From NCBI RefSeq assembly GCF_009914755.1, contig NC_060935.1: a DNA stretch of 64,000 bases; one strand, written 5' to 3'. Under the pieces are notes generated by a model. That model made no database searches, was not told the DNA's origin, and was given only the letters and a program-made list of their open reading frames with translations. The translations under genes and the position numbers were made by a program. This stretch comes from the human T2T-CHM13v2.0 reference genome, Homo sapiens. Numbering within the stretch: position 1 is the stretch's first letter; every line of letters begins with the position of its first letter. Positions 29,676-45,035 of the stretch are shown here, in pieces.

Positions 29676-30339
29676 AGTTAGAATAAGCACCAAAATAGAC
29701 ATTAATTTGTTATTCCTTCTCTTGTTCTAGGTTTCAGAGTACCTGAAATACTGTAAGTATCTCATCATGCTGAATGAGACTCTGGTGTCTAAAGATTTGA
29801 ATTACCACTGAACATACCCCCAAATATAAGCTAACTGTATCATTTGAAACTCAACATGAGAAACCACCACAGGAACACCTTTCGAAACTCAGCAGGTTTC
29901 AACAAGGGAGGAAAGACTGACTGTGTTGGACTTAAAGAAAGGAAGCTCATGGCTCTCTAACAAGATGCCTTCCCATGAGATTCTTGAAGATAATTTTGCC
30001 CTAATGATTTTCACCTCACCCACTGACTACAGAACTGAGTCTTCATGTAAACTGAGATATTGCCGTAGCCTTTAAAAGCATCCCACAAAGAAAAACATTA
30101 ATAATCCAGTCTAAAATTTTCAGATTTGAAAACATGGGTATGTGTTTGTATATGTCATGCTAAATATAACTGATATAAAGTTCTTGCCAGAGAAACACTT
30201 CCATCTAGAATCACAAGGGCCACAAGAACTTCAGAACCAGAGAAAGCCAAATTCCCTTGTGTGGCCATGCCCAAGGTACTCCTGCTCCCAGCAATCAGCC
30301 TTGATTGTTAAGATTGGGGAAAAGAGAGAGGAACCCTGG

Positions 30340-30555
30340 CAAGAAAGCAGACTTCGGAGTTAAAAGACCTGAACTTGAATCTCTTCTAACTGTGAAGCCT
30401 CGGGCAAATTACTTAACCTCTCTGAACCTTAGTATCTTCCTGTATAAAATAAGGATAACCACATACAATTCAAAGGATTTCTGTGAGGATAGGGAAAATG
30501 CACCTAATGTACCAGGCATAGTTCCAGATATATACGTGCTTAAAAGATGTTAGTT
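30340..30555 (+). mobile_element. MIR
   Basis: ctgtgaagcctcgggcaaattacttaacctctctgaaccttagtatcttcctgtataaaataaggataa core. Confidence 0.8.
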
Positions 30556-33171
30556 CTCCTCTCTATCCCATTTGCACACCAATCCTAAGCACGGAGTACT
30601 TAGATGGGAGACAGATTAAGTTCTTCACAGAATTACAGGACCTTAGAATGTCAAAATCTCCTATTTTCTGAGTGCTTCACCTAGGTGCTAAACAACTGGA
30701 AATACGTAGTGAAATGTTCTTTGCACAACATGAATTTACAGAATTTCCTTGGCTCCTTCCTATCATCAAGGATATCAACTTCTGGCTAGATAACTAGATA
30801 GTTTTCAACACCTAATGGCCAGGCACACTAGGGGCAGCATGCCCTCTGCTGTTGAGAAGTGGGACCCACGTGCCACTCCCTGTTCTGGGCTCCTGAATAA
30901 AGATTTTATGAATTACAACACGGAAAGGTCACAAGGGCCTTAGAAACCATTCCGTCTGTGTTGCTCAACTGAAGAAATTAGGCTCGAAGAGGTCACATGA
31001 CTTAGCCATGGTCACAAGGCAGAGGCAGAGCTAGAACTTTATTTTTGCAGTTTGGTTTATTGAACCAATTAAAATAAATAATAGCATGGTAAAGACAACA
31101 CCGTATGACCTTGGAAAGGAAACAAACCTCTCTAGTCATGCACAGCAGTTCTTTCTAGCACGTGGTCCTAGAAATTTCATTTTTTCTTTTTTATAATTTT
31201 TTTTATGGCCCAAGAAATTTCAAAACATGCTTCCCCACTTTACCATGTGGAGGAGAAATAGATCTGTGAGAATGGGTAGGCAAGAAGAAAAGAGACCATC
31301 CTTTAAATGATGTTTATTGTATAAAAGTAATTATTTGGACTTTAAAACCACTCAAGAATAAAGTTCGCATCCAGAAAAATCAGTAGCAACATTACATCTG
31401 TTAGTTTTGATGGCAACTTGGGGACAGCGGGGGTGGGAGAGGTGGGGATGGGAGGGAATAACACAGAGCACCTACCACGTGTCTGCCACAGTGCTGTTGC
31501 TCTACACAGATCCCTTCACCATCTCGGCAGTTACCCTCTGGGGCCACTTTCATCACCCAGTTTTAAAATAAGAAGGCTGATGCTCAGAGAGGTCAGAGAG
31601 CTTGCCCAAGGTAATGTAACTAATAATTAGGAATCAAATGTAATTCTTTTCATGTGCTTTTAACCCCTACCCAATCCCGCCTCCAAGAAAACCCAGATCT
31701 TTATACTCCTTGCATTATAACACGCTCATGCAGATAAAGCTGACTATAAACTTCAACCCTCGGTAGGCGACACTTAAGAGTGAGTATCTTTCTCCTAAAT
31801 TTGCAAAATGAAGGACAAATCTCCCAGCCATTTACTAACAGTTACATTGCAGAATATGTGGAATGTTGGTCTTTTCACTGACCTGACAATAATTGTTACT
31901 ACACTACTATTGCTAACTCCATTAGGCCACTGATAAAACCAAAATCACATTGGCTCCTTCTTGGCAGCCTTCGGTTTTAGAAAATTCAGTATGCAGTTGG
32001 ATTTATTCAGGCACCCAGACATCTAATAACAGTTAACTAAAATTTTACTAAAGATACAAAAAGTATACCCAGAGATATACATGACCAAAAAAATTAACTT
32101 ACGCCTCCAATAAATCAAAGCACCTTAAAGGAGTTTTTCATGTGCTCTGGTTTCCAACTCTAATGCAGAGATCTAAAATAAAATAAGACCCTCTTTCTCC
32201 CATTTGATGTGTGTGTCTTATATTAATTTGGGGATTGTGGGGTTACATTCCATTAGAGTTCTTAAATGGAGACTGACAGCTTTCTGGGCAAGCTTGATAT
32301 GCCCTGAAAGGATGGACACTTTTATGTTAGAAGAACACGGGTTCCCAAAGAAGGACTAAAACGTGGAAGGAAGGTGGAGTTTAGACAAGCCCTAGATCTA
32401 CAGTTGGAGAAGGATGGATGTCTAGGAGTGGATTCCTACTAAGTTGTCCCTCACACATGGGCACCCTAGAGGTAGGACAAGATCAGAGAGCAAGCCACAT
32501 CTTATGAGTCAGATCTCTGGCTCTTGGATGACTCCTGGTTTATTTCTTCTTTATTATGTCAAGGCCTTTCAAAAACCCTGCTTAAATGTTCTACCTTTAC
32601 TCATCCATACAATGAAGATACCAGAAAGTATTGGAGATTAAATTTGACTTAAAGAATTAAAGAGGAAACGGTATCCCCCAGTGAGTGTAGTGGTAGCAAA
32701 GGAAATGTTTACAAGTCCCTCCAAGAGGAAGGTGAGTCCAAGAAGATACTGTCCTCCCTTCCCACGAAGATGCTCTCGTCATTGCCAACCTTAGAGGGTC
32801 GAGCTTCCATCTTAACAAAAAGGGTGGAAGTCCTCTCAGAGATATGCTTCAAAGGCAATCATCTTCGTATGTAATAAGACACTGCTCCTCTTTACACATA
32901 CTTCTATAAGTGTTAACCAGGAGACAGAACTGCATTCCCTGACTCCTATGCTTTTTTTTTCCTAACATGCCCCTAATCTTAAAAATGAGACTCTTAGAAA
33001 TAAATTTATTTAAAGAGAAAATGGTAAATGAGAAAGGGAAGCAAATAAGTGATAATGGGAGAGTCCATCATGGGGAAAATTTAGTGCCCCAGCCTCCTAT
33101 ACTCAGATGGTTTGAAAGGCAAGAACACAATAGCTACCACAGTGCCCTTGTACATGGCAGATACTTTATAG

Positions 33172-33481
<310 letters not shown>

Positions 33482-34177
33482 TAGATAATTGCTCAACTGA
33501 TGCAGTTTAAATCTTCTAAGTAAGTGGTTCTTGTGTTTCTGATTATGAGGTTCCCTTCTTAATGTTAAAATTATCACAGATGTGTTATATATTAGTAGCC
33601 AGTGCTTGAGAAAATATGAGAAGCTATTATAAATTCAATAATGGTATAAATAAATATCACAACAGCATCTATCTATGTGGAAAAAAAAATTGTGCTTAGT
33701 AACCAAATGGGGAGAGAAAACACCCTCTCGAAAAATTCTGCAGTGCTTAATAACCTTTCTTTCCTCAAACCAAGAACTCCTGGGCCCAGAGGGGGAATTG
33801 CTAAGTTATCAAAATGCTGTGAAACCAAAACACTCTTTGCTTTACTGCTAAAACAGAGGTGAAAATATCCTGCCGTTGAGAATACCTAAAATGCTCCAGT
33901 AAATCAAGAAATAACATGTTTTGACAAATAACAGTTAAGTGTTTCATTAGAGGGAGATTCTATCTGTTGGTCAAACAGCTCTGTGAAAGCACCACATAAT
34001 CAATGCCTTCCCACGGCTTCAGGAAGCTTTGTACTAGAAGAATTACCGGGCCACAGCTCAAGCTCCCAAATTAGAGATAAAGTGCTGCTGTAATCAAGCA
34101 CTGCATATAAATTTTAGGAAATGACACACCACCAGAGGGCGCCCTTATATAAGTAGTAAAGTCGGAAAGACCATTAC

Positions 34178-34343
34178 TTTTTTTTTGTTTGTTCTCTAAG
34201 AGACGGGGTCTCCCCTCTGTAGCCCAGGCAAAGTAGAGTGGCCAGATCATAGCTCACTGCAGCCTCGAACTCCTGGGCTCAGGCGATCCTCCTTCCTAAG
34301 CTCGAGAGTAGCTGTAACTAAAGGCGCACACCACCACACCCGG
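34178..34343 (-). mobile_element. Alu right monomer (FRAM/AluJ)
   Basis: gatcatagctcactgcagcctcgaactcctgggctcaggcgatcctcc. Confidence 0.8.
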
Positions 34344-35211
34344 TTTGTTAAGTTTTAAATTAAGTTTCAGAAAATCTTAGGACAGAAAGGGAACTTAGAT
34401 CTCAAGTCCAAACTCTTGGATAAAAAACAGACACAGAGGCCAATTATTTTAAATCTTTCTTTTCTAAATAAATATATTATATGTTCACATGATTGAAACA
34501 ACAATCATCCCCCTTCTTTTTAAAGTCAGGATTCAAAATCTGTGCTGTCAGAAACCAGGATATTGGTTACCAGTGCAGGGGAAAACTGACTGTAAAAGAG
34601 AATGAGGGGATTCTGGAGTTAGGATAATGCATTGTTCTGTATGTATAATAAGATAATTCAAAAGCAGATTGATAAACATTTAAAATCTCATTGAAGATAT
34701 ATATTATTTTACAAGATACATGTTTATATTTCTATTTCACTATACAGGCATATGTAAATTATATTGCACTAAATCACATTAATATTAAATTTTTCTTTCA
34801 TTTAAAAATACTTATTGAGTGCTCACTAAAAGGCAGGTATTAAGAAAAAAACTAAGATACAATTCCATTTCTCAAGTTCTGGAGAATCTAACAGAAATGA
34901 TTAATGTGCTAGTAAACAACCAAGCAGTGGTGTGGTTAAGTTCTGTATACAAAGCACTGTGGGAGCTCAGAAGCCAAAGTCACCACCCTGCCTGAGGAAA
35001 TTACAGAGGGCTGCACCAAGGAGGTAATATCTGAGCTGAAACACAGAGAAGAATTTTTTTTTTTCAGGTACAAAAGAGCATTTCAAGCAAAGGAAGAAAA
35101 ACATGTGCAAGGCTATGATGAGCTATACAGAATGAGCATAAATTCAGGAACTGTTGTTTTACGGCAAGAGGTTTATGAGGGGAAGACATGGGAGATGAGA
35201 TTAGACTCACT

Positions 35212-35830
35212 GGGCTGCCACAATGGCTCACACCTTTAATCCCAGCGCTTTGGGAGGCTGAGGCGGGAGGATCAAATTGAGGCCAGGAGTTCGAGACCAG
35301 CCTGCCCAACATGGCAAAACCTCTTCTCTACAAAAATACAAAAAATTAGCCAGGCATGGTGATACACGCCTATAATCTCAGCTACTTGGGAGGCTGAGGC
35401 CCGAGAATCACTTGAACCTGGGAGGCAGAGGTTGCGGTAAGCCAAGATCACACCACTGCATTCCCACCTGGGTGACAGAGCAAGACTCTGTCTCAAAAAA
35501 TAAATAAATAAATAAGGAAAAAGAAAAACCTAGGCCAGGTGCACTGGCTCACACCTGTAATTCCAACACTTCAGGAGGCCAAGGTGGTAGGATCACTTGA
35601 GCCCAGGAGTTCAAGACCAGCCTGGGCAACATAGCAAGACCCTGTCTCTACAAAAAATAAAAATATTAGCCGGGTGTGGTGGTACATGCCTATAGTCCTA
35701 GCTACTCAGGACGCTGAGATCAGAGGATCCCTTGAGCCCAGAAGTTCAAGGTTACAGTGAACTATGATCATGCCACTGCACTCCAGCCTGGGCGACAGAG
35801 TGAGACTCCATCTCAAAAAAAAAAAAAAAG
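35212..35830 (+). mobile_element. Two tandem Alus (S/Jb-type 35212-35515; J-type 35533-35830)
   Basis: Two complete dimers head-to-tail, embedded in antisense L2 sequence. Confidence 0.92.
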
Positions 35831-35970
35831 AAGAAGAAAAGAAGAAAAGAAAGAAGGAAGAAAGGAAGGAAGGAAAGAAAGAAAGCGGTATAGAGAGACA
35901 GAAGAAAGAGAAGGAAGGGAAGGGAAAGGAGGAAGGAAAGAAGGAAGAGAGGGAGAAAGGGAGGAAAGAA
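35815..35970 (+). repeat. GA-rich low-complexity / (GGAA)n tract grown from the Alu tail
   Basis: Almost purine-only tract of aaga/ggaa units. Confidence 0.9.
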
Positions 35971-37634
35971 ACCTAGCTGAAATCCAAGATTGTTTCTCTA
36001 AACCAACAGTGAATGAAAAACATCCACTGGAAATAGACTCAAATAGGCAGGGACTTTTTTCTGTTTTGTCCACTTCTGAGTACACAGTGACTGGAATAAG
36101 GCCTGGCATGTAGTAGAAGACCAATGAATATATAGAGAGTAAATGAATGCATGCATGCATCATGGCTCTGCAGTTGGTATAAAAACAAAAATGAGAATGG
36201 AAAGCAAAGTTCCCAAGAAGGTCAAGTTTGTGCAGGTTCATTTATTGGGTGGGTCTGTTCCCAGCTTTGGAAGAGTTGCACAACACTGTAGTTGGATGTG
36301 CCTTTTGCCCAGTGACAAATCACATGCCTAATGGAGAACCCAAGCCTTAAATCTAAGAGCACCACATAACATTTGGACTGCTGAGGAAGCAGGAAATGCA
36401 TGCCTTCTGCTGGGTGAAGAAACAGTTCTATATAACTACAAATAATATGGACAGAAGGCCAACATTGCAGGGAGTGCAGGAGAAGGACTAATCAGCATTT
36501 TACCAAAGCATATTACCTAAAATATAATTGATCTTGGTGACAAGGTTATAAGTCAAAGTTTTTAAGACTGGAAAGGACTTTAAAGTCATGGCTGTCAGCC
36601 AGGACACAATAACTTTACCTGAGAAACAGCTTTCTGTAAAATGTACAACATAGCAGCTCGTTCAGCAGCATACTAGTGTTTGGTGAATCCACATGTGCTG
36701 CAAAATGTTGATTTGATCAATGTGTAAAATTTGTGTTTCCAACAACAGAGTTTTAAGAAGGAAGAAACAGGGAAGAGGTATAATACCCTAGGACAAAAAG
36801 TAATTGGAGGGAATAGTTGAGACTCTAGGTAAGTGAGGGATATGTGATGCTGCGAGATCCTGGGAAGGAAGGAGGGAATGGGGTCAATAGCACCAACAGA
36901 AGGATCTGACTTGGGAACCCCTTCTCCACTGGGAAACAGATGGATGCAAGAGTTATCTTTCTAATTACCGAGGGAGGAAACTAAAAGGATTCTAGTTAAA
37001 ATGCCTCTCATATAACACCTTAGTTTTTAGTCAATGAAGTAAAGGGACAAAGTAATCTATTAAAAGAGATAGTAAAAGAGAGCCTAGGATGGCAATGATT
37101 TAAAGACAGAGGTAAAAGTTCAGCATGGAAGAAAAAACTGATGCCTAGGCCTCCATAAAGCTCCTGAGGTTGGAGACTGAATTGGTATGCACAATAATCT
37201 GCCGCTTAGCAGATATTTACAACCCAGGAGCAGGAGCAGAGAAGTTTAATGGTTGGATAAAACTAGGATGAGAATGTCATAAAGGGGTTGTGAGAGGACA
37301 GGGGGCAAGAGAATTAAGGTCATTCCTATCTTCATGCAGCCTGAATATGCCCAGAGCTATGAGGTCCTGTCCACCACAGACAAATGCTGCCATAATCTGT
37401 TTGCTGATTTGCAAGGTAATCTAAACTATGCTGTATTTATTCTATTTTAAGGAGTAAATAATCTTGCCAGAACTCATATATATGATATATAAGCATTTCA
37501 ATAATAATCTCATAAAAATAATGTAAGGCTGCATATCATCAAGGCCTTGAAAGTTTATATTCTTCTGCTTTGTTAAACATAAGATGATGTGTTACTGATT
37601 TTCTTCCTTTATAGTCTATTGTTCTAAATGTTTC

Positions 37635-38037
<403 letters not shown>

Positions 38038-38394
38038 TAATGTAAAAGGACAAAGACCCCTCAACCTCCAAAAAAGGCAAAAACCACGTTTCTCACGAAC
38101 AGGAGTTCAGACCTGTGATCTATGTAACTCACAATCCAATCTTGCATACTACCACTCCTCCTGCAAAGAACTGTGATGACCTCATAAATCTTCTGTTCTC
38201 CAACTGAGCAACCCCAGTTCTTACTATTTCCCATATAACACTATATTCTAAAGTCCTCCTAACCCTGCTCACACTGGATTAATTAACATTCCCTCTTACA
38301 GATGGTGTGCCCAGAGCTGAGTACAATATGTAACGTGGTCTAATAAAGTGCCTTGCTCATCACTGGCCAGGAATAAATAACCGATGAGTGTGCT

Positions 38395-38713
38395 TATAGA
38401 CCTTATCCATGGTTTTGCTTTCTGCAGTTTCAGTTACCCATGGTCAACCATGGTCAGAAAATAGGTGAGTACAGTACAACAAGATATTTTGAGAGAGAGA
38501 AAGAGACTACGCGTTCACATAATGTGTCATAGTTGTTTATTATTCATTATTGTTGTTAATCTCTTATTGTGCCTAATTTATAAATAAAACTTTATCACAG
38601 GTATGTATGTATAGGAAAAAACATACTATATATAGGGTTCAGTACTAACCGACATCTCTGGCATCTACTGGGGGTCTTGAAACGTATCCCCCGCGAAGAA
38701 GGGAGGACTACTG
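38395..38713. mobile_element. MER44A (Tigger7 derivative)
   Basis: ccttatccatggttttgcttt..tcagttaccc.tggtcaacc..gaaaataggtgagtacagtaca...gggggtcttgaaacgtatcccccgcg..gactactg then TA. Confidence 0.85.
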
Positions 38714-38759
38714 TATAGCTCCAATAACACAGCCTACTTTAAATTGAAAGTCATGTAGG

Positions 38760-39262
38760 TATACTGGGTTGCATAGCATCCCCCCAAAATTTATGTCCTT
38801 CCTAGAACCTCAGAATGTGACTTTATTTAGAAATAGGATCATTGCAGATGTCATTAGTTAAGATGAGGGCATGCTGGAGAGGGGTGGGCCCTTAATCCAA
38901 TATGACTGGTGTTCTTATAAGAAAAGAAGAGACAAAGAGGCACAGAGAGAAGAATGCCATGTTAAGACACAGATGCACAAAAGCAAAATGGCCATGTGAC
39001 AATGGAAGCAGAGACTGGAGTCAAGCAGCTTCCAGCAAAAGAACGCCAAGGACTGCCAACAGCCAGCAGAAGCTTAGCGAGGGACACAGACCAGACTCTT
39101 CCCCGGAGCCCGGACCAGGCTCTCCCCAGGAGTCCCCAAGAAGTAACCAATCCTGCTGACACCCTGACTTTGGACTTCTGGCCTCGGGAAGTGAGAGGAT
39201 AAACTTCTATTGTTTTAAGCCTCCTAGTTTGTGATACTCTGCAGCCCTAAGAAACTAATACA
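38760..39262 (+). mobile_element. MLT1C-type MaLR solo LTR
   Basis: gaacctcagaatgtgactttattt.gaaatagg..ccaatatgactggtgttcttataagaa..ttggacttctggcctc..gaaactaataca. Confidence 0.85.
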
Positions 39263-40868
39263 GAAGGCCTCTCTATGGAGGTGGCAATGGAACCGAAGCC
39301 TGAAGGAGCCAGACAAAGAAAGAACTCTAGAAAGAAGAAACAGAAAATACAAAGAGCCAGAGGCCAGAAAGAGTTTAATGTAGAAAGAGAGATAAGATCA
39401 GTGGTGAACAAGAGAGAGAATGGTACTGGATGAGGCTTAGCGCTAAGTGGGCTATGATAGGGAGACTGAACTTAATTTAAAGGCAATAGGAAGCCTTCAA
39501 GAGTTTTAAAACTTATTCTGATCTGTTTTTTTTTTTTTAAAAAAAAAGAAAGTAAGAAGAATAAGTAGAAGGCTATTGAAAGGTTCACATGGCACATGAT
39601 TATGAGAACAAGCCAGGCTTCAAGCCAAGGTATGTCTCTCTTAAATTGCTACATATTTAACATATATGACAATGTTTAATCTCCAAAGTCATAATACACC
39701 CCAGAAAGATCTCAATGAAGAAGGACTCAATATATGACATCAGCAGTATTCGTTTAACAACAATCAACAAAAGGAAGTCTTTTGAACAGCTGTAGTCACC
39801 ACTATAGCCCACTTATAACAGATTCTGCAGTGGCCCTGACTGTGGGCATTTTAAACACGAAATGCCCCACTAAATTGGCAAAAGAGTTCCAAGGCCATCA
39901 GGCTCCCCCCAGCATTTAATAGAAGTCAGTAAAGCATATTCTATTGCTACCCTTTTCTCCAAAACCTATTCAAGAAATTGATAGAAGGTAATAAAACTAA
40001 TTGTTCTCAAATGTTTAGGTCCCGTTCCACCCTGGTGAGATAAAAGACATCAGCAGCCACAATCTTCACTGGTTACCTCTGATGAATTAATAAACTACAT
40101 GTTTAAAAAAGAAAAAGTACATACAAACATAGTATTACAACATAATGCTAAAATACAACTCTTCTTCTTCCATGGAGAATCTTCTGTGAATGATACCATG
40201 AGAACCACTGAAACAGAAAACCTACAACCTCTTTTCAGAGACTGCTTTAAAATAAATTTTTTTATCACATTGAAAAATACATGATGTTAAAGCACTCTGG
40301 AAAATTAAACTTTACAAAATCCCCACATGAATAGCATCCACCAAAGGAAGCAGCTGAGGAAAGTAATGTCTAAGTTTTTTCCTCCCTGGAAACTCCAACT
40401 CAAATTCGCAGTCCTGATTTCACTATAAAATGTCCTCCAGGGACTTTTTATCATTATCTTAAAGATACACTCTACAGACTATTCATTGTTTTGCACATTC
40501 ATCCGGTCTAAATGATAATGGCGCTGTAAAAAAGATAAAGGAAGGGAAAAGGATATCCTCAGCAGAAACCAAAAAGCTCAGAACAATAACAACAAGTTCA
40601 AATGTAACCAAGTGGCTTCCTTTGATTACTTTCAGGTGGTTTTGCCACCACGACACCAGATAATCAACAACTTCCCAGAGTTAGTGGGATGTGTAAGTAT
40701 TTCTTGAGTGCCTACCATGGGATAAGTACTAGAGTATAACAACAGTGAACAAGCTAGATATGGTCACTGCCCGCACAGGGCTTATAGTCTGGTGACAGAC
40801 AACAGGAAACAAAAAACAAACAAGCAAATACACAAATAAGAACTTAGAAACTAATTGTACAAGTTTTA

Positions 40869-41179
40869 CCTGGGTGCGGTGGCTCACACCCGTGATCCCA
40901 GGACTTTGGGAGGCCAAGGCTGGCAGATCACTTGAGCCAAGGAGTTCGAGACCAGCCTGGGCAACATGGCAAAACCCCGTCTCTTCAAAAAATACAAAAA
41001 TTAGCATGGCATAATGGCATGCACCTGTAGTACCAGCCACTCAGGAGGATGAAGTGGGAGGATCACCTGAGCCCAGGAGTTCAAGGCTGCAATGAACTGT
41101 GATCACACCACTGGACTCCAGCCTGGGCAACAAAGTGAGACCCTGTCTCAAAAAAAAAAAAAAAAAAAGAAAAAAAAGA
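40869..41179 (+). mobile_element. AluJ
   Basis: Dimer; about 21-bp TSD aaactaattgtacaagtttta / aaactagttgtacaggtttta. Confidence 0.92.
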
Positions 41180-42915
41180 AAACTAGTTGTACAGGTTTTA
41201 TTCTGATAGAGAATAAAAGAGGCAGATCGACTTCTAACAGGGTGGTCAGAAAAGAAGTCCTGGAGCAGGCAATAGTTAAGCCTTTAATCCACACAGCCGT
41301 CTACCCTGTGAAATGTCCTGGGGGTTCTATTCAACGCCACTCCCTTCATGAAGCATTCCTGCCTTCTTTGTGCTTTCATGGTATTTTAGCTATATTATAA
41401 TCTTTTCAAATGTATCCTTGCACAGTAGTTATTTATACATACATGTCTTATAACCACCATACTGTTATAAACTGTAAAACTGTAAAAAAAAAAAACCTGT
41501 ATAAAAAAAGTTAGAATCTGTTGAACACACCATGTGTGTTATTTCTTCCTGCCCCTGTGAATAGTGTAAGGGCTGAACTAGGACTACATGTAAATAATCT
41601 CAATTGTTCTTCAGAGGAACCCTATGGAGTAGAGAGGCTGTGTTTTCCCCACCATGCCTTACTGCCTCTCCCTTTCTGGCTAATCTCTGTATCCACAAAG
41701 TGCAAAACACAATGTGCACAGGCCTTACTACATCAATGACTCCTGAGTTGAACTGGAAGAACTGAGAAGTATGATGTGACATCTGAAGACCAAGTGACCT
41801 CACCCGAACTTAGACTACACCAGTTAACTCTGCTTTAGGCCTGTGGGGCTACCAGCAAGACTGTTTTCTTTCTATCAGAGGTGTGTTAGCCTCAGGAAAT
41901 GTGAACAGATCCTACAATTACTCAGTTAAAATCCAACTCAACCTTGAAAGGTAGAAAAGCTGTAAACACATAGGTGACTATAATTAATACTGAGCCTCCT
42001 CAGCAAAGACAAGGCTCTTTCATCGTTCCACCATTTCCTGAGTACTTACTCTGTGTGCCGGGCTATACTGGATACAAGGATAAAAAGCCTTATTTTTTGC
42101 TCTGAAAGAGGCCACAGTCTACCAGAGGAGACAAGCAAGCAAAGAAATTATTTCTATATAAGGAATGCACATTATGAATGTGGGTGAGAACAGGGTGATT
42201 GTTATGGCAGCAAAGAGGAGGCACAACCCAACTAACCAGTGGTACACAAGGCCGTAGCGAAGGCAAACTCAAGAGAAGCTGATAATGTCTGTCCTGGCAC
42301 CCTGCTCACCTCTTTTCCAGCCTCGTCTTCTACCACATGGCCCTCTCCCACTTCATATTCCAGAAATGCTCTGGACATACGCTTTCTGAAGTCTCCAGGC
42401 TTCTCTACATGGATTTCCTCCTGCCTGGAATGCATTCCTCTCTCGCATCATTACAAAAAAAAATTACTACCTCATCCTCAAAATGTTCATTCAAGTGCTG
42501 TCCCCTCTACAAAGTTTTCTAGGACAACCCCAGGCCCAAAGGAGAATGCTCCTTCTCTGATCCTATGACAGCTTCCAGAACAGTCACCACCACACTGTGC
42601 TGTCACTGTTTTGAAGGTTGGCTCAGCACAGTGAAAAGAGCCCAGCTCTGTAGCCTGAAAGTCCCACGTTGAAATGCTGATTGTGCCACTTTCTAGCTAG
42701 GTGTACCTCAGTTACTTCATCTATAAAAGGGAAAACTAACTTCCTTACAAGGTTGCAAGGATTCAAAGTGGTGTGTGTACAAGTCCCTGACCACAGCAAA
42801 GGCTCAAAAAGTACTCCCAGTGACTGATAACCATCAATAACTTTATACTGTGGTATTAAACAAAACACACACAAAAGTACATTACAACCATATGTGTATT
42901 TTTGCATTTGGCACG

Positions 42916-45035
42916 TGATATAGTTTTGCTGTGTCCCCACCCAAATCTCAACTTGAATTGTATCTCCCAGAACTCCCACGTGTTGTGGGAGAGACCGGGG
43001 GGAGGTTACTGAATCATGGGGGCCAGTCTTTCTTGTGCAAGTCTCGTGATAGTGAATAAGTCTTACAAGATCTGATAGGTTTATCAGGGGTTTCCGCTTT
43101 TGCTTCTTCCTCATTTTCTCTTGCCGCCACCATGTAAGAAGCGCCTTTCACCTCCTGCCATGATTCTGAGGCCTCCCCAGCCCTGTGGAACTGTAAGTCA
43201 AATTAAACCTCTTTTTCTTCCCAGTCCCGGGTATGTCTTTGTCAGCTGCATGAAAACGAACTAATACAGTAAATTGGTACCAGTAGAGTGGGGCATTGCT
43301 GAAAGGATACCCGAAAATGTGGAAGCAAATTTGGAACTGGATAACAGGCAGAGGTTGGAACAGTTTGGAGGGCTGAGAATAAGATAGGAAAATGTGGGAA
43401 AGTTTGGAACCTCCTAGAGACTTGTTGAATGGCTTTGACAAAAATGCTGATAGTGATATGAACAACAAGGTCCAGGCTGAGGTGGTCTCAGACGGAGATG
43501 AGGAACTTGTTGGGAACTGAAACAAAGGTGACTCTTGTTATGTTTTAGTAAAGAGACTGGTGGCATTTTGCCCCACCCTAGAGATTTGTGGAGCTTTGAA
43601 CTTGAAAGAGATGATTTAGGGTATCTGGCAGAAGAAATTTCTAAGCAGCAAAGCATTCAAAATGTGACTTGGGTGCTGTTAAAAGCATTCCATTTTAAAA
43701 GGGAAACAGCATAAAAGTTCAGAAAATTTGTAGCCTGACGATGCAGTAGAAAAGAAAAACCTATTTTCTGAGGAGAAATTCAAACCAGCTGCAGAAATTG
43801 CATAAGTAGCAAGGAGCCCAATGTTAATCCCCAAGACCATGGGGAAAATGTCTCCAGGCCATGTCAGAGACCACACGGCAGCCCCTCCTATCACAGGCCT
43901 GGAGCCCCAGGAGGAAAAAGTGGTTACGTGGGCTGAGCCCAGGGTCCCCATGCTGTGTGCAGCCTAGGGACTGGGTGCCCTGTGTCCTAGCCACTCCATC
44001 CATGGCTTAAAGGGGCCAACATAGAGCTTAGGCTGTGACTTCAGAGGGTGGGAGCCCTAAGCCTTAGCAGCTTCCACATGGTGTTGAGCCTGCAGGTGCA
44101 CAGAAGTCAAGAATTGAGGTTTGGGATCCTCTGCCTAGATTTCAGAAGATGCATGGAAATGCCTGGATGCCCAGGCAAAAGTTTGCTGCAGGGGTGGAGC
44201 CCTCATGGAGAACCTCTGCTAGGACAGGGTAGAAGGGAATGTGGAGTCAGAGCCCCCACACAGAGTCTCTACTGGGGCAATGCCTAGTGGAGCTATGAGA
44301 AGAGGGCCACCATCCTCCAGATCCCAGAATGGTAGACCCACTGACAGCTTGTACCGTGAGCCTGGAAAAGCCACAGACACTCAATGCCAGCCAGTGAAAG
44401 CAACTGAGAGGGAGGCTGTACCCTGCAAAGCCACAGGGGTGGAGCTGCCCAAGACCATGGGAACCCACCTCTTGCATCAGTGTGACCTGGATGTGAGACC
44501 TGGAGTCAAAGGAGATCATTCTGGAGCTTTAAAATTTGACTGCCCACTGGATTTCGGACTTGCATGGGGCCTGTAACCCCTTTGTTTTGGCCAATCTCTC
44601 CCATTTGGAATGGCTGTATTTACCCAATACCTGTACCCACATTGTATCTAGGAAGTAACTAACTTGCTTTTGATTTTCTAGGCTCATAAGCAGAAGGGAC
44701 TTGCCTTGTCTCAGGTGAGACTTTGGACTGTGGACTTTTGGGTTAATGCTGAAATGAGTTAAGACTTTGGGGGATTGCTAGGAAGGCATGATTGGTTTTG
44801 AAATGTGAGGACATGAAATTTGGTGGGGCCAGGAGTGGTATGATATGGTTTGGCTGTGTCCCCACCCAAATCTCAACTTGAATTGTATCTCCCAGAATTC
44901 CTACATGTTGTGGGAGGGACAAATGGGGAGGTAATTGAATCATGGGGGTCGTTCCCATGCTATTCTCATGATAGTGAATAAGTCTCATGAGATCTGATGG
45001 GTTTATCAGGGTTTCCACTTTTGCTTCTTCCCCAT
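42916..45035 (+). mobile_element. THE1A MaLR provirus: 5' LTR 42916-43268, internal 43269-44840, truncated 3' LTR 44841-45035
   Basis: Two homologous LTR starts (tgatat.gttt.gctgtgtccccacccaaatctcaacttgaattgtatctccc); THE1A-type tttatcaggggtttccgcttttgcttcttcc; internal region opens gtaaattggtaccagtagagtgggg. Confidence 0.93.

Noticed and set aside
34143-34153. ccttatataag as an SRF CArG box or TATA promoter
   Set aside because: Lacks the terminal GG of CC(A/T)6GG and has no other promoter evidence.
36147-36159. (ATGC)n palindrome
   Set aside because: A drifted L2 (ATGA)n tail; ordinary.
35757-36241. Lys/Glu/Arg-rich and Phe/Ser-rich ORFs
   Set aside because: Translations of an Alu-tail GA microsatellite.
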